From: an uncultured Candidatus Saccharibacteria bacterium
GTDB taxonomy: Bacteria > Patescibacteriota > Minisyncoccia > Phycocordibacterales > UBA6899
Reading direction: 5' to 3'
Assembly: GCA_964386905.1 (NCBI GenBank)
Contig: CAYLUP010000002.1
Location: 128,522-192,521, forward strand
DNA: 64,000 nucleotides
Both the position numbers and the translations under genes were made by a program. The notes under the pieces are model-generated. The model did no database searches, was not told the DNA's origin, and saw nothing but the letters and a program-made list of their open reading frames with translations. This document shows, piece by piece, positions 58,593-64,000 of this stretch; within the stretch, counting starts at the first letter, position 1, and each line of letters starts with the position of its first letter.

Positions 58593-60772
58593 GGTGTGAT
58601 GATGAGGGGTAATGTGTCCTTGTCCATCAGTGTCCAGATTTCTTCAGTGACAAATGGCATGTATGGATGATGAAGCTTCAGTATTGTCTCAAGTATTGTG
58701 ACCAGTACATAAGCAGCAGATGACTTTTCATGCGAGTCAGTGTCAAGAAGGATCTCTTTTCTTTCTTCGATACGGACATCAGCAAGCGTGTGCCACGTGT
58801 AGTGATACAGATGCTCAGCGGCGAGATGGAGCTTGTACTCTGATGTATGTTTGTCTACATATGCAACGACAGCATCAAGTTCGTCCAATGCTTCTTTGTC
58901 TTTTTCTGTTAAAGATTCGCGCTGTAATGCAGAGATATCAATTCCTTCGGTTCGCTCAAGAATAAAGCGTGCAATATTCCATATTTTATTTGCGTACTTT
59001 CTGTATGCACGGACTTTATCTTCTGAAAAATTCGTATCCGCTCCGGGTCCTGCTCCGATAATGAGGGACATACGAACAGCGTCTGCCCCATATTTTTGAA
59101 TCATGTCGAGAGGGTCTGTCGCATTTCCTTTGCTCTTGCTCATCTTTTGTCCTTTTGCGTCACGAACGAGGCCGTGCAGGTATACGGTCTTGAATGGAAT
59201 GTCTCCAACAAGATAGGTGCTCATGAGGATCATACGTGCAACCCAGAAAAAGAGAATATCGTATCCAGTCTCAAGAAGATTTGTTGGATGATAATCGACA
59301 AAATCTTTTGCCTGCTCGTCAGGCCAGCCAAGCGTTGAAAATGTCCACAAGCCTGATGAAAACCATGTATCAAGTGTATCTGTGTCTTGAACCCAACCTT
59401 CTTCTGATGGTGCAGTAATGTCACAATAAATATTATCGTCCTTGTACCACACTGGGATTCGGTGACCATACCAGATTTGGCGAGAAATACACCACGGGCG
59501 AAGGTTATCGATCCATCTGAAGTATGTTTGGTTAAAACGGTCAGGAAGAATTTCGATATGGTTCTCACGAACAACAAACTGCATGAGTTCTTTAAGTGAC
59601 CATTCTGACCCTACGTCTATTCCTGGGATGTGAGAATTTCGGATACGGAATTTTTTATCGACAGCAACAAACCACTGGAGCTTTGGGAGGGGTTCAATGA
59701 TTGCTCCGGTGCGTTCAGCGGTAGAGACATTTTGTGTTACCTCTTCTTCTTTTTCGATTAATCCAGAATCCCTCAAGTATTGTGCGATGATTTCGCGTGC
59801 TTCCGCAGCCTTTTTTCCGAGGATACGTTCATCTCCTGCAGTCATGCGTCCTCTCTCGTCAATAACTTGCACCATCTTGAGGTTGTGTCTTTCAGCAATT
59901 TCAGCATCTATCGCTGAGTGCGCAGGGGTGACACCAAGAGCGCCGGTTCCAAAATCCTTTTCTACAGAGTGGTCTGCGACGATGGTGATGTGAAGCTGTG
60001 CGCCACAAAAATCAACATCATATGTTTCACCGATAAATTCTTTATAGCGTTCGTCGTCTGGATGGACTGCGACTGCAGTATCGCCAACTTTTGTTTCAGG
60101 GCGAGTTGTGGAAATCGAGATAGGGAAGTCCTTACTGTATTTAAAAGTATAGAACTTTGCCTTTCGTTCCTCGTAAATAATTTCATCATCAGAAATGACG
60201 GTTTGTCCTTTTGGGTCCCAGTTTACGACGCGAAAGCCGCGGTAAATCAGTCCGTCATCATACATGCGTTTGAATGCAGTACGAACAGCGAGATTGCGTT
60301 TTTCATCAAGAGTGAACGCCTCTCGAGACCAATCGACAGAAGCGCCCATTTTTTTCATTTGGGTGACAATGGTGTCATGTGATGTTTGTGCAAATGCATT
60401 AACTCGTTCAAGGAATGCCTCGCGACCTAAGTCGTATTTATTCACCTTCTCTTTTTCGAGGAGCTTTTCGACTTTTGATTGGGTCGCAATTGCTGCGTGG
60501 TCCGTCCCCGGAAGCCAAAGGGTCCGATATCCTTTCATGCGATTGTAGCGAACGATAATATCCTCAATGGCGAGCATGACAGCGTGACCCATATGGAGAA
60601 CACCGGTAACATTTGGGGGAGGTAGGACGATGGAATAGGTCGGTGCGTTTGGTGTTGTTGCTCCGTGTTCAATACAGATATCTGGATTAAAATACCCTGC
60701 ATTCATCCAATGTGCATATATCGTGTCTTCGGTTGCTTCAGGATTGTACGGGGTCAGGAATTTTTCATTCAT
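58577..60772 (-). CDS. valS: Valyl-tRNA synthetase (short form lacking the C-terminal coiled coil)
   Basis: 'PPPNVTGVLHMGHA' (HIGH region) and 'KMSKSKGN' are present. The start is set at 'MNEKFL'. Confidence 0.85.
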   Translation of the reverse strand: MNEKFLTPYNPEATEDTIYAHWMNAGYFNPDICIEHGATTPNAPTYSIVLPPPNVTGVLHMGHAVMLAIEDIIVRYNRMKGYRTLWLPGTDHAAIATQSKVEKLLEKEKVNKYDLGREAFLERVNAFAQTSHDTIVTQMKKMGASVDWSREAFTLDEKRNLAVRTAFKRMYDDGLIYRGFRVVNWDPKGQTVISDDEIIYEERKAKFYTFKYSKDFPISISTTRPETKVGDTAVAVHPDDERYKEFIGETYDVDFCGAQLHITIVADHSVEKDFGTGALGVTPAHSAIDAEIAERHNLKMVQVIDERGRMTAGDERILGKKAAEAREIIAQYLRDSGLIEKEEEVTQNVSTAERTGAIIEPLPKLQWFVAVDKKFRIRNSHIPGIDVGSEWSLKELMQFVVRENHIEILPDRFNQTYFRWIDNLRPWCISRQIWYGHRIPVWYKDDNIYCDITAPSEEGWVQDTDTLDTWFSSGLWTFSTLGWPDEQAKDFVDYHPTNLLETGYDILFFWVARMILMSTYLVGDIPFKTVYLHGLVRDAKGQKMSKSKGNATDPLDMIQKYGADAVRMSLIIGAGPGADTNFSEDKVRAYRKYANKIWNIARFILERTEGIDISALQRESLTEKDKEALDELDAVVAYVDKHTSEYKLHLAAEHLYHYTWHTLADVRIEERKEILLDTDSHEKSSAAYVLVTILETILKLHHPYMPFVTEEIWTLMDKDTLPLIITPWPQK

Positions 60773-60864
60773 ATGTGAACAGTATAACATAAAATTTAAC
60801 CTGAAAAGTGTGTATTTACTATGTTTTAAGCCAATATTTGTGAAGTAGCATTACCTATATTCTC

Positions 60865-61983
60865 GTGTATGATAGAGATATGAGCAATATTCCTTATTCT
60901 CTCATGCACAGAATGCTCCATATTGGTATTTTCTTGCTTCTCTTTCTTGCACAGGGAGCTTTTCATGCACACGCTGAGGATGTTGAAATAACACAGGGGA
61001 CGTTTTCGGGAAAGGTCTTTCTTTCTGATCAGGGGGCTTCGCTTCCTTTTGAACAAGGGGAAATTACCTTACTCACTACAGGGACAAGCACTGAACCAGT
61101 CATGTTTCACGCGTACACAGATGCGAGTGGAACATACAGCATTCCCGTTCCATTTGGTGTATATGATATCTGTATCGCTCCTGACGCTTCGCATTTTGTT
61201 CAGCAAGATACTCCAACCTGTTATGAGCAGATTGCCATTCAAGTTGAGCAGGGTATAGAACCTATAGAAATATCACCATTTGTTCTTGAAAAAAAGTACG
61301 AACTTCGTTTGCTTGGTGAATCTCCTTTGGTTCTTGAATTTGGACAGGATTTCTATGAACTTGATCCAGGCGCTGAATGCTATGACCGCGAACTGCAAGC
61401 AACAACATCTGACTTCATTATTGATATGAGCACGGACTTTGATGCTTCTGTCCCATCACCTTCGTATTCCGCTCAGTATTCAATAAGTCAAAAAACGTAT
61501 GAGGGAGTCGTGATTGCTCCAGTTATCAGGAGCATCATATTAAAAGAAGAAGTCATCCCAGTTCCTGAAGTAAAGGAACCAGAGAAAAAACATACGTCGC
61601 GAGTAATAGGGAGTTCGGGTTCTTCGGGTGGCGGACGGAGTGTTGTCCAAGTACAAGACGCCCCTTCTCTTGGTGAGGTTGCGGGAGCGTACGATGAACA
61701 ATTTTCCTGCGAACTTCTTGCGAACAATCCAACTACTTTTCTTTCAAGCCCTCTAGAAATTTTTAAGATGCAGCTTTTTCTTTCGCTCTTTGAGGATGCG
61801 GGTCCATTGTCTCTCACGGGAATCTATGATGGGGCGACGAAGCGGGCAGTAGAACTTTTTCAAAAAAAATACCGTACGATCATTCTTGAACCACTTGGAC
61901 TCTCCATTCCGACTGGGTATGTTGGTGTACGGACAATAGCAAAAATAAATGATCAATTTTGTAAAATTGTAAAAAATCGTTAA
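60865..61983 (+). CDS. Secreted protein with a C-terminal peptidoglycan-binding-like domain
   Basis: A signal peptide 'LLLFLAQGAFHAHA' and C-terminal 'LSLTGIYDGATKRAVELFQKKY' are present. A perfect terminator hairpin lies at 62010-62041. Confidence 0.55.
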   Translation: MYDRDMSNIPYSLMHRMLHIGIFLLLFLAQGAFHAHAEDVEITQGTFSGKVFLSDQGASLPFEQGEITLLTTGTSTEPVMFHAYTDASGTYSIPVPFGVYDICIAPDASHFVQQDTPTCYEQIAIQVEQGIEPIEISPFVLEKKYELRLLGESPLVLEFGQDFYELDPGAECYDRELQATTSDFIIDMSTDFDASVPSPSYSAQYSISQKTYEGVVIAPVIRSIILKEEVIPVPEVKEPEKKHTSRVIGSSGSSGGGRSVVQVQDAPSLGEVAGAYDEQFSCELLANNPTTFLSSPLEIFKMQLFLSLFEDAGPLSLTGIYDGATKRAVELFQKKYRTIILEPLGLSIPTGYVGVRTIAKINDQFCKIVKNR

Positions 61984-62009
61984 AGGACAAATTGTCTTAT
62001 ACTAATTTT

Positions 62010-62041
62010 AAAGGACATGCACGAATTCGTGCATGTCCTTT
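62010..62041 (+). terminator. Rho-independent terminator (AAAGGACATGCACG-AATT-CGTGCATGTCCTTT)
   Basis: A perfect 14-bp stem with a T-run. Confidence 0.7.
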
Positions 62042-62183
62042 AAAAATATCTATAGTTAGCAAGGTGAATTTTGACTCGGTGGATATCGTGCGTTTCTTGA
62101 CTCCAATTTTCTGAAAGCGTAGCTTGAATATACACAAATGCATTGACCCAATACCAATCATTGTGCTTATTATTCAAAAAAAT

Positions 62184-64000
62184 ATGCAATATACATTTAT
62201 CAAACGATTGTCAGTATCGCTCGTCCTCACTATGCTTGCGGTCCTTTCGCCATTTGATGTATTGTCGCATGTTACGCAACAGCTTGGTGTTCCGTATGTG
62301 TTTGCTGCAGATCCAGTAAGTGTGACCGGGTATGTTCAGATTGGAGATAGCTTTATGACTCCCCAAAGTGGAGCGCATAACGCTACTGTAGAATTGAAAG
62401 ATCAAGCAAATGGGTTTCTTGCGTCAACAGTGACAGATCAAGATGGTTTGTTTACGTTTAGTGTTTCAGAAGGGCAGTATAAAGCATGCCTGATTATGCC
62501 AGATGGGTATGGTGCCACAACTGGTTCCCCCTCTGGTTGTCAGACTTTTTCTGTAGGGACAGAAAATACTACTGTGCCAACCTATGTTATTACCACTTTC
62601 CCCGTCATCACTCTCCAGGGAGACCCGGTAATTAACATTTATCAAAATGCGACCTATGTCGATGCTGGGGTTGTGGCAACGAAAGATGGTACGCCGATTC
62701 CGGCTCAAGACATATCGGTATCCGACACAGTTAATACTGCAGTAGTTGGTGACTATGTTCTTACCTATACTGCATTTCACTCACCCTCAGGGCTTTCTAC
62801 GTCTACGTCGCGAACTGTTCATGTTCTTCCCGCAATTACAACTCCAGTTCATATCTCTGGATTTGTGAGAGTTGGGGATGATCCGAGCGTGTCAAATCCT
62901 GGCTATGACGGTGCGACTATTTCTCTCAAGGACACCGCATCATCGACGGTCGCCTCGACAACGGTGACCGCTGCCGATGGTTCGTATGCATTTAATATTA
63001 TTCCTGGAGCGTATGAAGTGTGTATCGATGTTCCGGCTTTGTATTCGACCATTGTTGCACAACCTTTGTGTCAAACCGTCCTCTTTGAAGGTGAGAATCC
63101 GGTTGAAATGAATGACTATACGATTGCACTCCTTCCCGTGATTGTACTTGTTGGGGATGCAACAGTTACAGTCACTGAAGGTGATCTCTATACCGACCAA
63201 GGTGCAATCGCTTCTCGAGATACGCCAGGAGATCTTACGGGTTCAATTCAGACCGTGAACCCGGTCAACACCAGTATCCCTGCAACGTATACTGTCACCT
63301 ATACTGTGACGCACGCTGCAAGTGGACTTGTTGCTTCAACATCACGAACAGTGGTCGTGGAAAGTTTATTGCCTCAACCAGTGATTGTTTCTGGTTTTGT
63401 TCGAATCGGCGACGTTGCTTCAACAACAAATATAGGTTTTTCAAACGCAATACTTGAGTTGCGGGATACCGCTTCGTCTACTATTGCATCAACAACACAA
63501 TCAGATTCAAGCGGAGCATATCAGTTTACTGTACTACCGGGAACTTATGCTGTGTGTTTGGATGTACCTGATATATACGGTTTAGTTTCATCACAGTCTG
63601 TTTGTCAAACTGTGGAGTTTTCTGGTGAGGATCCCGTATCCATGAATGACTTTACGGTCTCTCTTCTTCCGACGATTAGTCTTAAGGGAGATAATCCGAT
63701 GACACTCGAGCTTGGATCCTCATATGAAGAACCAGGGTATGTTGCTGATAAGGGGGGTATTGATATCTCAGATCTAGTTATTGCAACAGGAACGGTTGAT
63801 GTAAATACCCTTGGATCATATTCTGTCGTGTATTCTGTGACGCACGCACTTTCTGGACTGAGTGCAACCGTGACGCGTACGGTCAATGTGGTATCTGTCC
63901 CGCCTCCCCAAGAAGTGTACATTCGAGGGTTTGTCCTTGAGAGCGATGTCCTTGATTCTAGCGCGCCGGGAAAACAGGGTGTAATTGTATCGCTCCTCTC
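62184..64000 (+). CDS. Large repetitive cell-surface protein, 3'-truncated. It has tandem units of about 160 aa, alternating a CarboxypepD_reg-like domain with a DUF5011/Ig-like domain. It is not in the supplied ORF track.
   Basis: Frame 3 is open from ATG 62184 to the window end by manual translation. The start is signal-peptide-like (MQYTFIKRLSVSLVLTMLAVLSPF). The repeat motif is 'SGFVR.GD...A.I.L.DTASST.ASTT....G.Y.F...PG.Y.VC.DVP...' then '...Y.V.Y.VTHA.SGL.A...RTV.V'. Confidence 0.7.
   Translation, partial: MQYTFIKRLSVSLVLTMLAVLSPFDVLSHVTQQLGVPYVFAADPVSVTGYVQIGDSFMTPQSGAHNATVELKDQANGFLASTVTDQDGLFTFSVSEGQYKACLIMPDGYGATTGSPSGCQTFSVGTENTTVPTYVITTFPVITLQGDPVINIYQNATYVDAGVVATKDGTPIPAQDISVSDTVNTAVVGDYVLTYTAFHSPSGLSTSTSRTVHVLPAITTPVHISGFVRVGDDPSVSNPGYDGATISLKDTASSTVASTTVTAADGSYAFNIIPGAYEVCIDVPALYSTIVAQPLCQTVLFEGENPVEMNDYTIALLPVIVLVGDATVTVTEGDLYTDQGAIASRDTPGDLTGSIQTVNPVNTSIPATYTVTYTVTHAASGLVASTSRTVVVESLLPQPVIVSGFVRIGDVASTTNIGFSNAILELRDTASSTIASTTQSDSSGAYQFTVLPGTYAVCLDVPDIYGLVSSQSVCQTVEFSGEDPVSMNDFTVSLLPTISLKGDNPMTLELGSSYEEPGYVADKGGIDISDLVIATGTVDVNTLGSYSVVYSVTHALSGLSATVTRTVNVVSVPPPQEVYIRGFVLESDVLDSSAPGKQGVIVSLL

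Overview
This window has low GC (mid-40s % by eye), is gene-dense, and is mostly housekeeping. Gene content, reduced RNA genes and basic protein tails suggest a Patescibacteria/CPR-like small genome (inference). Recognisable genes include lexA-dinB, rnj, an OppA-like SBP, secG, groES-groEL, lemA-htpX, a MutY/Nth-like glycosylase, a SufS-like desulfurase, obg, bcp, gatB, RNase P RNA, murJ, lepA, a colinear rpoB-rpoC-dnaG-rpoD block, typA, an OmpR-type regulator, rarA, an ECF sigma/anti-sigma pair, a CDF transporter, ftsB, hsp20, prsW and valS. Large repetitive surface proteins sit at both window edges. The right-hand one (62184..64000+) is absent from the supplied ORF track. Four tRNAs are present: Ser-GGA, Phe-GAA (minus strand), Arg-CCT and Gly-CCC. 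The main finding is that three of them (Ser, Arg, Gly) are each followed by two tandem, non-coding 160-250 bp units. Each unit starts with a terminator hairpin, carries an inverted copy of the tRNA T-arm, has a conserved hairpin-rich core of two mosaic types, and ends with a direct repeat of the 17-23 nt tRNA 3' end. The two Gly units are 100 % identical, with a 208-bp period. This looks like a family of miniature, integrase-less integrative elements that target tRNA 3' ends, or a tRNA-linked structured-repeat system, and it appears recently active. Further signs of integration are a degenerate tRNA-Arg 3'-end relic about 1.1 kb downstream of tRNA-Arg, a tRNA-Ser 5' fragment, and a single-gene island of about 60 % GC with GC3-biased codons under a host-type consensus promoter just upstream of tRNA-Ser. 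Other points of note are a Cheo-type LexA box between lexA and a divergent DUF3298 gene, two small genes with perfect sigma70 promoters, a candidate sRNA, and basic or repeat tails on several proteins.
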